A DNA stretch of 64,000 nucleotides from Actinomycetota bacterium (GTDB taxonomy: Bacteria > Actinomycetota > Thermoleophilia > Solirubrobacterales > JACPNS01), in assembly GCA_016213645.1 (NCBI GenBank), contig JACQZY010000013.1:347080-411079 (forward strand), written 5' to 3'. The translations under genes and the position numbers were made by a program. Shown piece by piece: positions 31,033-39,876 of the stretch. Position 1 is the first letter of the stretch. Every line of letters starts with the position of its first letter. A model generated the notes under the pieces. That model was not told the DNA's origin. It saw nothing but the letters and a program-made list of their open reading frames with translations, and did no database searches.

Positions 31033-31830
31033 TCAGGCCTCGCCCGCGGCCGGTTCACGGGCGATTCGGCGGGCGGTCGGCTCGTCTTCGGCGGTGGCAA
31101 AAGGTTCCGGGCGGGCCGGATCGAACTCCACACGCCGGTCGCTGCCGTAGAGCGGCAGGGCGTCACCGCACATCTCCATCAGGCGCGAAACGGTGCGCTC
31201 GCCGATCTGACGGCGCAGGTCGTCGATCCCGAGGTTTGTGGTGATCATCACGGCGCGGCCGTCTTCGTAGCGCTCGTTGACGATCGAGTAGAGCTGTTCC
31301 AGCACCCACTCGGTCTGCTGTTCGGCGCCGACGTCGTCGAGGTGCAGCAGATCGACGGCGGTGAGTTGCTTGAACAGCTCCGCGTAGGAGCTGTCGGAGT
31401 CGGCGTCAAAGGTGTTGCGAATCTGCGCCAGCAGTCGTGGCATCGAGTAGATCGCCACGCTGTGTCCGGCCTTCAGCGCGGCTTTTGAGACGACCATCGC
31501 CAGCGTGGTTTTGCCGGTGCCGGTGTCGCCCTCAAACCAAAGCCCGCGCCCTTGGGCGAGTTGCTCGTTGATCGTACGGCAGTACTTCAGCACCGCCCGA
31601 GCGATCTCCGGGGCGAAGTTCAGCGGCCGTCCGTGGTCGGTGATCTGACGCCCATCATCGCTGATCGTGAGCCCGCCAAAGCGTCGCGGGATCGTGGTCA
31701 CCAGGCCTTTGGTCCGCGCCCGGCGGATGCGCCGCGCTCGGCACTCACACGGAACGCTGTCGCCGTGCTTGTCCAGCACCCAGGTGCTGCCGCCGCACTT
31801 CGGGCAAATGAAGTCTTCGCGAGTCGCCAC
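31033..31830 (-). CDS. DnaC/DnaI/IstB-family AAA+ ATPase with N-terminal Zn finger, probable helicase loader
   Basis: CPKC...CEC, Walker A GDTGTGKT, LHLDD, ITTN, RTVSRL; starts 2 nt after the dnaB stop. Confidence 0.88.
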   Translation of the reverse strand: MATREDFICPKCGGSTWVLDKHGDSVPCECRARRIRRARTKGLVTTIPRRFGGLTISDDGRQITDHGRPLNFAPEIARAVLKYCRTINEQLAQGRGLWFEGDTGTGKTTLAMVVSKAALKAGHSVAIYSMPRLLAQIRNTFDADSDSSYAELFKQLTAVDLLHLDDVGAEQQTEWVLEQLYSIVNERYEDGRAVMITTNLGIDDLRRQIGERTVSRLMEMCGDALPLYGSDRRVEFDPARPEPFATAEDEPTARRIAREPAAGEA

Positions 31831-31832
31831 AA

Positions 31833-34454
31833 TCAGAACTCGTCAAGGTCGCCGTCATCGGCCGGCACCGGTGCGGCCGGCACGCGGTCCGGCGAGCCGC
31901 CCCCGCCGTCCTCGCGGTATCCGCGCGGCAGGTTGGAGAACTTCGGGTAGTGACTGATGAACGTAAGCGCAACGTCCTTCACCGGCCCGTTGCGGTGCTT
32001 GGACACGATGATGTCCGCTTCGCCCGGCCGCTGCGACTCATCGCGCAGGTAGTAGTCCTCGCGGTAGATGAACGCGACAAGGTCCGCGTCCTGCTCGATT
32101 TGGCCTGAATTGTGCGTGACGATTCCGTCATTTGCGATCCAGTTGGACGGCCCCGGGACGGTGAGGTCGTACACGTCTTCGGTCCCGTCGGCGACAACTT
32201 CCTGAATCTGATCCCAGAACAGCGGGCGTTCGGTCTCTCGGAGCAGTGCGTCGTCCTTGAATAGACGCCCATAGCTGCGGAGCGTTTCTCGCGAAGGAGC
32301 AAACTTGAAATGCGAAGTGCCGCCGTGGCTGGTGCCGCGGGCCTGTGCCATTGCCCGCTGCGAAATTGACTGAGTACGCATACTCCGCCGAACGTCGTTC
32401 CAAATCTCCGGCGGAAGAGTGTCAACGTTGGTGCTTGATTGCGCGGAATAGCGGAGATACTTGAGCAGATCGGCACCCTGCGACACTCGCGGTCCGTGCA
32501 ACCCGATCACGTCCACAAAACGCTGCTGGTAGGCGGCGCCGCTGACGATCACGTGGCACACTTCCGAGTCTCCTCGCTCGCCGGAACGATTGATTCGAGC
32601 CACTATTCCAAGCCGCAGCAGCAGCGCCGACACGTCCTGAGCGAGTCCGAAGCTCGAAGTTGAGTAGGCGACACGAGACATTCGGCGCCCGTCGCTTCGG
32701 CTGCCGACCCAGATCGAGCCGTCGGTTGCCCAGAGGTGACGAAGCAAAAGCGCGATCTGCCGGTTTTCCAGCTGAAACACCGCGCCCGGAACGCGCTTCT
32801 CGCGGGACCGCTGGTTGAAGATGCCCAGATCTCGAAACCAGGCGTTGACGCCCGCCGGTCGCCAGCGGTTGCCGTTGCCGGAGAGATAGCTGCCGTCGCT
32901 AATCATCTGACCAAGCAAGACGATTCGGTCGTCAGGCCATATCGCCGGCGATGTAGGCGACGGCAAGTCGGTGGCGATCGCGATCCGGTCGGCGGGGTTC
33001 AGATCGCGAACCTCTAGCCACCCCCGGCCCGTCAGTAAACGGTGCTCGGCGGTGGCGCGAATCACACGGCCTGACCGCAGCTTGATCTTGGATACCGCCT
33101 TGCGGCCGACGCGCCAGACCAAGTCGCTGTGAGCGGCGATGATCTTGTCGTCGGCGCCAAGAGCCAATACCTCCGGCTGACTGCCGACCAATTCCGCGAT
33201 CGGCACCCGGCGGCCGTCGGCAAGCCATACGAGAGTTTCGCCGGTCACGCATTCACGAAGGTCCGAGAGCTGTGGGCGGGGAGGGTGGCGGCTTTCTACG
33301 GCGCGGGAGAGCTGGGAGACGGCGATTACGGGGATGTTCAGCTCGCGGGCCAGCACCTTCAGGCCACGGCTCATCTGGCTGACCTGCTCGACGCGGCTTT
33401 CGCGCGAATCGTTGGCGCGCAGTAGTTGCAGGTAGTCCACGATCACAAGGCCCAGGCCTTCGCCGTTGACGGCCATCGCCTTGCCGTGCAGGCGACGTGC
33501 CTTTGCGCGCAGTTCGAGGATGTTGATGTCGGAGGAGTCGTCGATCCACAATGGCGCCTCGGCCAGCTCCTGCGCGGCGCGCAGCACGGCCGGCCAACGG
33601 TCCTTCTTGACCTTTCCCTTGCGCAGGGCGTCACCGTCGATCTTCGCCTGTGAGGCCACGAAACGCTGGGCAAGTTCCGTTTGTGACATCTCCAGCGAAA
33701 ACAGCGCCACGGCGTGACCGGCCAGCGCGGCGTTTTCCGCGATGTTGGTGACCAGCGCGCTCTTGCCCATCGACGGGCGTGCGGCGATGATGATCAGGTT
33801 TCCGTTCTGAAACCCGCCGGTCAATTCGTCCAGGTCGCGAAAACCGGACGGCGTGCCGGTCAGCGCCGCGCCGTCGAGCGACTGCTTCTCCAGCTTTTCC
33901 AGTTCGTCGTGCAGCACGTCGCCGATCGAGCGAAAGTCGCCGGACTGGTTGTCCTGGGCGACTTCGAACACGCGTTGCTGAGCGCGCTCAAGCAGCTCCT
34001 TGGGATCTCCCTCGCGCGTGGCGATCGACTCTTGGATCTCCTGGCTGGCGCGCAGCAGATTGCGCAGCAGCGAGTTCTCCTTGACGATCTGTCCGTACTG
34101 GCGAGTGTTGGCGATCGCGGGGATGCGTTCGACCAGTGTCTCCACGTACTCGCGACCGCCGGCTTCTTCCAACTCGCCTTGCTCGGTCAGCTGGGCCGTG
34201 ACCGTCAGCGTGTCGATCGGCTCGCTGGCCTCTTGTAGGCGGATGATCGCGCGGTAGATCAGACGGTGCCGCTGGCGATAAAAGTCGTCCGGTCGCAGGC
34301 CGACGTCGATCAGCAGCGGGTCCAGCCAGCGCTCGGCCAGCAAGATTGCTCCGAGCACCGAGGATTCGGCCTCCAAATCGTGTGGCGGCACACCTGCCGC
34401 CGGCGCGGCGGCTGCGCGAATCGAGCCGCCTTCGGTGGTGGGGTCAATGGCCAT
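31833..34454 (-). CDS. dnaB: Replicative DNA helicase with intein
   Basis: ARPSMGKS, FSLEM, IVDYLQL, SQLSR, SDLRE|intein|SGQIEQDAD. Confidence 0.97.
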   Translation of the reverse strand: MAIDPTTEGGSIRAAAAPAAGVPPHDLEAESSVLGAILLAERWLDPLLIDVGLRPDDFYRQRHRLIYRAIIRLQEASEPIDTLTVTAQLTEQGELEEAGGREYVETLVERIPAIANTRQYGQIVKENSLLRNLLRASQEIQESIATREGDPKELLERAQQRVFEVAQDNQSGDFRSIGDVLHDELEKLEKQSLDGAALTGTPSGFRDLDELTGGFQNGNLIIIAARPSMGKSALVTNIAENAALAGHAVALFSLEMSQTELAQRFVASQAKIDGDALRKGKVKKDRWPAVLRAAQELAEAPLWIDDSSDINILELRAKARRLHGKAMAVNGEGLGLVIVDYLQLLRANDSRESRVEQVSQMSRGLKVLARELNIPVIAVSQLSRAVESRHPPRPQLSDLRECVTGETLVWLADGRRVPIAELVGSQPEVLALGADDKIIAAHSDLVWRVGRKAVSKIKLRSGRVIRATAEHRLLTGRGWLEVRDLNPADRIAIATDLPSPTSPAIWPDDRIVLLGQMISDGSYLSGNGNRWRPAGVNAWFRDLGIFNQRSREKRVPGAVFQLENRQIALLLRHLWATDGSIWVGSRSDGRRMSRVAYSTSSFGLAQDVSALLLRLGIVARINRSGERGDSEVCHVIVSGAAYQQRFVDVIGLHGPRVSQGADLLKYLRYSAQSSTNVDTLPPEIWNDVRRSMRTQSISQRAMAQARGTSHGGTSHFKFAPSRETLRSYGRLFKDDALLRETERPLFWDQIQEVVADGTEDVYDLTVPGPSNWIANDGIVTHNSGQIEQDADLVAFIYREDYYLRDESQRPGEADIIVSKHRNGPVKDVALTFISHYPKFSNLPRGYREDGGGGSPDRVPAAPVPADDGDLDEF
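32109..33251 (-). mobile_element. 381-aa intein with LAGLIDADG-type endonuclease region
   Basis: Starts CVTGET; block B TAEH; blocks C/E LLGQMISDG and LLRHLWATDG; block F VYDLTV; ends THN before Ser+1. Confidence 0.95.
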
Positions 34455-34611
34455 GGCTCACCGTACCCCGCATGCGCGGCGCAGTGAACGGTCGCGTGAA
34501 GAGTTTGTGCGACCTATTCCGGAAAACGCGGACAATTTTGCGCGGCTGAACGCGCGCGAGCGTCAGCGCCACCGTGCGGCGGTCGGTCCTGCGCGCCCTG
34601 GCCACCGCCGC

Positions 34612-35064
34612 CTACTCCGCGGCGACGATGATCGTCTTGATGTCGGCCGTGACGCCTTCGTTCACGTCCACGGTGATCGTGTACGTGCCGACCTGGCGGA
34701 TCGGCTCGGTGATGTGAACGTCTTTGCGGTCCAGGCGCACTCCTCGTGCGTCCTTGATCGCGGCGACGATCTCCTTCGGCGTGACCGAACCGAACAGACG
34801 GCCTTCGGGGCCGGCCGGCTCGGAGATCGTGAGAACCGTCTTGTTGAGCAGCGCGGCGATGTCGTCGGCGCGCTCGGCGCGGTCGATCAGAGCCTGTTCG
34901 GCCTCTTCCATCAGGCGGCGCGCCTGTTCGATCGTCTTTGCGTTCGCGGTCGCCGCGAGTTTGCGGGGCGCGAGGAAGTTGCGCAGGAAGCCCGGCGCGA
35001 CGTCAACGACATCGCCCTTTTCGCCGAGGTTCTCTACGTCCTGGAGCAGAATTGCCTGTGCCAT
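34612..35064 (-). CDS. rplI: 50S ribosomal protein L9
   Basis: ILLQDVENLGEKGDVVDVAPGFLRNFL, GRLFGSVT. Confidence 0.97.
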   Translation of the reverse strand: MAQAILLQDVENLGEKGDVVDVAPGFLRNFLAPRKLAATANAKTIEQARRLMEEAEQALIDRAERADDIAALLNKTVLTISEPAGPEGRLFGSVTPKEIVAAIKDARGVRLDRKDVHITEPIRQVGTYTITVDVNEGVTADIKTIIVAAE

Positions 35065-35077
35065 CTCAGATATCCGA

Positions 35078-35341
35078 TCAGCGCTCGGCGACGTAGGGCA
35101 GCAGGGCGATCTCGCGGGCACGCTTCACGGCCAGCGAGATCTGCGTGTTGTGGCGGCGGCAGGCGCCGGTGACCCGACGGCCACGCAGCTTGCCGCGCTC
35201 GCTGACGAACTTGCGCAGCGTCTCAACGTCCTTGTAGTCGACCGAGTCGACCTTGTTCTGGCACAGCGAACACGACTTGCGGCGGCCGCCACGGTCGCCG
35301 CGGCGGTCGCGCTTCGGGGGCTGTCGTTTTGCTTTGGCCAT
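35078..35341 (-). CDS. rpsR: 30S ribosomal protein S18 (Zn-binding type)
   Basis: CSLC, VDYKD, FVSERGK, RRVTG.C..H, AVKRAR. Confidence 0.97.
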   Translation of the reverse strand: MAKAKRQPPKRDRRGDRGGRRKSCSLCQNKVDSVDYKDVETLRKFVSERGKLRGRRVTGACRRHNTQISLAVKRAREIALLPYVAER

Positions 35342-35433
35342 TTAATTCCTTGGTTCAGCGCCAGACGCCGTTTGTCGCGGCGTCTGGCGTCTTTGTGAAG
35401 TTGTTCGGACCGTCTCCCGGAGGGACGAACGGC

Positions 35434-35889
35434 CTAGAACGGAATGTCGTCTTCCGATGCGGCAGGCGCGGACCCGGCGTTCGCAGGCTGAAAATCAGAC
35501 TGGTCGACGGGTACGCCTGCCGAAGGCGCGAATCCGTTACCGCCGTCCCCGCCACCTTCACGGCTGCCGAGGAACTGCACGGTGTCGGCGATTATATCGA
35601 CGGATTGCCGCTTGTTTCCGGACTGGTCGTCCCACTGGCGCCAGTCGAGGCGGCCGTCGATCGCGACCGGGCGACCCTTCGCGAGGTACTTGGCGGCGTT
35701 TTCGCCCTGGTTGCCCCATACCTTGACGGTGAAATAGTTGGGCTTGTCGACCCACTGGCCGGACTGCTGATCCTTGCGGCGACCGTTCACGGCGACGCGC
35801 AACTCGCAGACGGCGGTGCCGCTCTGGAGGTGGCTGAGCGTCGGGTCGGCGGTGAGGTTGCCGGTGATGATTACGCGATTGATGTTCAT
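35434..35889 (-). CDS. ssb: Single-stranded DNA-binding protein
   Basis: NRVIITGNLTADP, C-terminal DDIPF. Confidence 0.97.
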   Translation of the reverse strand: MNINRVIITGNLTADPTLSHLQSGTAVCELRVAVNGRRKDQQSGQWVDKPNYFTVKVWGNQGENAAKYLAKGRPVAIDGRLDWRQWDDQSGNKRQSVDIIADTVQFLGSREGGGDGGNGFAPSAGVPVDQSDFQPANAGSAPAASEDDIPF

Positions 35890-35981
35890 GGTGATGCTCC
35901 TTCGTGCGATCTGCTGTGCGAGGCGCGGCGAGATATTTCGCCCGCCCCAGCTTCAGGCGTTTTCGTTATGGGCTCTTTTAT

Positions 35982-35995
35982 AGAACACTTGTTCG
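35982..35995 (-). promoter_or_regulatory. LexA SOS box upstream of ssb
   Basis: CGAAC-AAGT-GTTCT on the minus strand matches Gram-positive GAAC-N4-GTTC; abuts TATAAA. Confidence 0.75.
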
Positions 35996-36175
35996 CGGAC
36001 GGAACGCGAATTCGCCGATTTTTACGCTAATTAGGCAAAATCGTTTCTGTTTCGTAACGCATGTCGCAGAAACGTAACGAATCGCGGGCGCCCAGGCGCG
36101 AGCGAAATGAAGTGCGCGCGCGTGCCAAGGCAGGCGAGCGACACAACGAAAGTGAACTCGGGAGCGGTCGGCCGT

Positions 36176-36829
36176 TTACTCGGCGGAGGCGTCCGGGGCG
36201 CCTTCGCCGGAATCGCTCTCAGTCGCGGCATCGGCCGCGTCTGCCACAGGTTCGCCGCCGTTTTCGGCAGGAGCATCCTCGGCGGAAGCTGTTTCCACCG
36301 GGGCGGTCTCGGCCGGGGCCGCGTCGCTCTCGGGAGCCGCTTCGGCGGCGGTCTCGCCCGTTCCTTCGGCAGTTACAGCCGAATCGGCCGTGTCCGTCTC
36401 GGCTGCCGTGTCCGGCTTGCTCGCGACGGGCGCCTCGCTCGACTCGTCGAGACGTGGCGTGGCCGAAGCTTCGCGCGGCGGGCGCTCGTACGCGCGCTCC
36501 TCGCGCTTGAACAGCGGCGGTGACTCCGGCAATGCCTTGCCGGGCTCGGTCTCGAAGATGCGGAAACGCAGAACGCCCTCTGTCAGCTTGAGGCCGCGGT
36601 CGAGCTTGCTGATCGCCTGCGGGTCACTCTCGAACTGGAAGACGTGGTAGGCGGCCTGCTCGTGGTGGTCGATCAGGTAGGGCAGCTGGCGCGTGCCCCA
36701 GTCCTTGTTGGCCTTAACTTCGCCGTGCTGGCCGATCAACGTCTGGGCGTCGCTGACGATTTTCGTGCGTGTGTCGGTCGGCGCGTCGGCATCGAGCAGC
36801 ACGACCAGGTCATAGGTGCGGTTGGGCAT
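36176..36829 (-). CDS. rpsF: 30S ribosomal protein S6 with long acidic C-terminal extension
   Basis: TYDLVVLLD, WGTRQLPYLI, EGVLRF; upstream of ssb-rpsR-rplI. Confidence 0.93.
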   Translation of the reverse strand: MPNRTYDLVVLLDADAPTDTRTKIVSDAQTLIGQHGEVKANKDWGTRQLPYLIDHHEQAAYHVFQFESDPQAISKLDRGLKLTEGVLRFRIFETEPGKALPESPPLFKREERAYERPPREASATPRLDESSEAPVASKPDTAAETDTADSAVTAEGTGETAAEAAPESDAAPAETAPVETASAEDAPAENGGEPVADAADAATESDSGEGAPDASAE

Positions 36830-36960
36830 GAGTGAGAAAGCTTCTTTTCTGCTGTGTCCGAATCTGCTGCGTTCGGAAATCTCGGTTTACATGTTCGCGC
36901 ACGCAAAAACGATCGCGGCGCGGACGCTCAACTGTAGCCGCTCCAGGCGGAAAACCCCGA

Positions 36961-38499
36961 CTACACCCCAGCCTGTCGCAACTCCCGCCGCTTCGCGATG
37001 TCCGCCAGTTGGTCGTTGATCCAGTCTCCCGGGTTGCGGCCGGTGATGATGTTCTTCAGGCCTTGGGCGCGGCGCGAGCGTTCTTGCATGTCCATCGAAA
37101 GTGCTTGGTGGATTGCGTCGGCCTGTGCCTGAATGTCGAAGGGGTTGACCGAAAGCGCGAACTCGCCGAGCTCTTCGTGGGCGCCGGTGTTCTCGGACAG
37201 GATCGAGACTCCGTGACGCTCGTTGATCAGCGGCCCCTCTTTGGCCACGAGGTTCATGCCGTCGAACATCGGGTTCACGATCAGCAGGTCGTAGTGCTTG
37301 TACTCGGCGATCGCCTCCTCCACGTCGTCGCGCATCCTCAGATCGATCGGCATCCAATCGGGCGTGCCGTGGCGGTGGTTGACCACGGCCACCAGCGCCT
37401 CGATCTTCTCCAGGTACTCCGCGTACTCGGGCACGTCGGTTCGCGACGGCATCAGGTGGGCGATGAAGGTGACGTTCTCGCTGTATTCGGGATGCTGCTG
37501 AAGAAACAGGTCGAACGCGGCGAACCCACGCAGCACGTTCTTAGACAGGTCGGCGCGGTCCACGCGAAGGATCAGGTGTTCGCGGCGGCGGCGGATGATC
37601 TCGCGCTCGAACTCGTGTACGCGCGGGTGCTGCGCCTTCTTGAGGAATGCGCGGGCGTCGATCGGCAGCGGATAGGCGCGCACCCAGGTGTCGTGATTGC
37701 CGATCGTGACCACGCCGTTGGCTTCGTCCACGACGGCGTCGTCGAGCAGTTCGCGGCAGCAGAGCAAGAAGTTTCGGCGGTAGCTCTCCGTGTGAAAGCC
37801 GACTATGTCGTTGGCCAGTACGCCGCGAAAGATCGCGTCGCGGATGCGGCTCGGCAGCACGCGCCAGGCGTCGGGCTGGGTCCACGGGATGTGGATGAAA
37901 TGGTGCAGAAAGACGTCAGGCCGCTCGGCGCGGATCATCGCCGGCATCGTGTACAGGTGGTAGTCGTGCACCATCACCACCGGGTCCTCGGCGTCCTCGA
38001 TCTCTTCGAGCACGGCTCGCGCGAGGTCTCCATTGACCGTCTGGTAACCGAAATCGAAGGCGTCCATCTCCTCCTGGCGGATGTCGGGCGCGTTTGAGAG
38101 GTCCCAGAGGTAATGCTGAATGAACCACAGCATCGGATTGGCCACGATGTTGTAGAAACGGTCGTAGGCTTCGTCTTCGCTGTGCACCAGGCGCACGCGG
38201 TACTCGGTGTCCTCGTTGGGGCGTACGGCAAAGCTGCGCCCGCCCCGCTCGTCGCTTACGTCGGCGTCCTCGCCGGTCATCGCCGAAGCCACCCACAGCG
38301 TGTCGCTGCGGTGATTGACCAGGCCCGTCAGTGCGGTGACAAGTCCGCCTGTGCCGCGCCGCTCCACGCGCATGCCGTCAGCGTCGCGGTCGAAGGTGAC
38401 GGGTCCGCGGTTGGAAACGAGCACCAGCGGTGAACCCGCGATCGAACCGGCGCCGTTGCCGTTGCCGGCGCCGTTCGGTGGGCTGGGCGTGTCCGGCAT
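36961..38499 (-). CDS. otsA: Trehalose-6-phosphate synthase family (GT20)
   Basis: LVSNRGP, GGLVTAL, VHDYHL, HFIHIPW, VDRAD.SKN, DGMNLVAKE. Confidence 0.88.
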   Translation of the reverse strand: MPDTPSPPNGAGNGNGAGSIAGSPLVLVSNRGPVTFDRDADGMRVERRGTGGLVTALTGLVNHRSDTLWVASAMTGEDADVSDERGGRSFAVRPNEDTEYRVRLVHSEDEAYDRFYNIVANPMLWFIQHYLWDLSNAPDIRQEEMDAFDFGYQTVNGDLARAVLEEIEDAEDPVVMVHDYHLYTMPAMIRAERPDVFLHHFIHIPWTQPDAWRVLPSRIRDAIFRGVLANDIVGFHTESYRRNFLLCCRELLDDAVVDEANGVVTIGNHDTWVRAYPLPIDARAFLKKAQHPRVHEFEREIIRRRREHLILRVDRADLSKNVLRGFAAFDLFLQQHPEYSENVTFIAHLMPSRTDVPEYAEYLEKIEALVAVVNHRHGTPDWMPIDLRMRDDVEEAIAEYKHYDLLIVNPMFDGMNLVAKEGPLINERHGVSILSENTGAHEELGEFALSVNPFDIQAQADAIHQALSMDMQERSRRAQGLKNIITGRNPGDWINDQLADIAKRRELRQAGV

Positions 38500-38553
38500 G
38501 GGCCAAGCCTATAGGTAGGCGGCGCGGCCGCGCGTCGCCGCTTGGTCCGGCGT

Positions 38554-39795
38554 TTAGCTTTCTTGCAGGCGCTCGAAGATCTGTAGCCAGTCGCGCAGCA
38601 GGCGCGGCGTCAGGAAGTGCGTGCGCACGTGCTCTTTGCCCGCGCGTCCAAGCTGCTTGCCGAGCACGGGAAACTGCAAGAGCGCGCCGGCTCGCTTGGC
38701 GCATTCTTCGGCGGTGTCGACCAGATAACCGCTCTCGCCGTCCTTGATCTGCAAGGGGATACCGCCCACGTCGCCGCCGATGAACGGCTGCGCTTTCCAC
38801 AGACCTTCGCTGACGGTAAGGCCAAATCCCTCGCGCGTGCTCTTCTGGATCAGCACGTCGCTCTGGGCCTGAAAGGCATTGACCTCGATCGCACCGACGT
38901 TGTTCAGGTTGTTGAGAATCTTGATGTCCGGATCGCCGGCAGCGTGTTCAACCGTGGAGTTGAAGAAGTCCCAGCCCTCCGGGTCGTCCGTGGCCATCGA
39001 TCCGACCAGCGCAAGCTGCACCTCGGGGATCTTTTCTTTCACGATCCGGTAGGCGTCGATCACACCGTTGGGATCCTTCCACGGGTCAAAGCGCGAAACC
39101 TGGCACATCAGCGGTCGTTCAACGTCAATGCCGAACTGGTCGCAGACGTAGGCGGCGTCCTCCGGGGAAAGCGCCATGTTCTTGGGGGCGAGCGGATCGA
39201 TCGCCGGTGGAATGATGTTGACGCGCCCCTCGTCGCGCAGCGCCGAGGGCACGTACTGGTCCATGTGGAAGAGGTATTCCTCGTAACCGGTGATATTCGG
39301 CAGCAGCCGCGAGAGCGTCTCCGGGTTCGGTGTGGAGAGATCGATGTGGCAGCGCCACACCCAGTGAGCCGACTTCTCCGGAGCGTTCATGCGTACGCCC
39401 GCGGGCTGCGGGTCGTGCACGATCACCACGTCCCAACCGGCGTCGAGTTCGCGCGCGTTGATCGTGTTGTAGCGGTCGAAGATCTCCCACTGCTCGTCGG
39501 ACAGCGCGGCCGGGTCGCCCTGCATCGAGTTGTGGATCAGCTTGGTGGCGTTGTAGAACTCCTCGCGGCCGACGATGATCTGCCACTCCGCGTCGATTCC
39601 GACGTCGCGCATCAGCGGTACCAGCGTGTAGAGAATCTCGGAGACGCCGCCTCCGAACGCGGTGGCCGAGAGGTGAAGCACGCGCAGGCCTTTGAGGCTG
39701 TCGGCGAGATCGTTGATCTGTTCGATCAGCGGTCGGCCCACTAGGTGGGCGTAGTCCGCGAGGGTCTTGTGTCCGACTGTCACCGGTTGAAGCAT
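38554..39795 (-). CDS. treT: TreT-like trehalose glycosyltransferring synthase (GT4)
   Basis: SATAFGGGVSEIL, VHDPQP, WRCHID, SRFDPWKDP, REGFGLTVSE. Confidence 0.88.
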   Translation of the reverse strand: MLQPVTVGHKTLADYAHLVGRPLIEQINDLADSLKGLRVLHLSATAFGGGVSEILYTLVPLMRDVGIDAEWQIIVGREEFYNATKLIHNSMQGDPAALSDEQWEIFDRYNTINARELDAGWDVVIVHDPQPAGVRMNAPEKSAHWVWRCHIDLSTPNPETLSRLLPNITGYEEYLFHMDQYVPSALRDEGRVNIIPPAIDPLAPKNMALSPEDAAYVCDQFGIDVERPLMCQVSRFDPWKDPNGVIDAYRIVKEKIPEVQLALVGSMATDDPEGWDFFNSTVEHAAGDPDIKILNNLNNVGAIEVNAFQAQSDVLIQKSTREGFGLTVSEGLWKAQPFIGGDVGGIPLQIKDGESGYLVDTAEECAKRAGALLQFPVLGKQLGRAGKEHVRTHFLTPRLLRDWLQIFERLQES

Positions 39796-39876
39796 GAGAG
39801 ACCGCAAGATACCCGATACGCGACCGGTCGAATCCCTGCTCCCGCGGTGCGTACCCGGTAGCCGGTATCGGGCGAT

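Noticed and set aside
31033-31830. IstB of an IS21 element
   Set aside because: No IstA transposase, terminal inverted repeats or target duplication; embedded in a core operon and has an N-terminal Zn finger
36830-36960. S6:S18 autoregulatory leader or second SOS box upstream of rpsF
   Set aside because: A TCCGAA/TTCGGA hairpin exists but the conserved leader features could not be identified; CGAACATGTAAAC lacks the GTTC half-site
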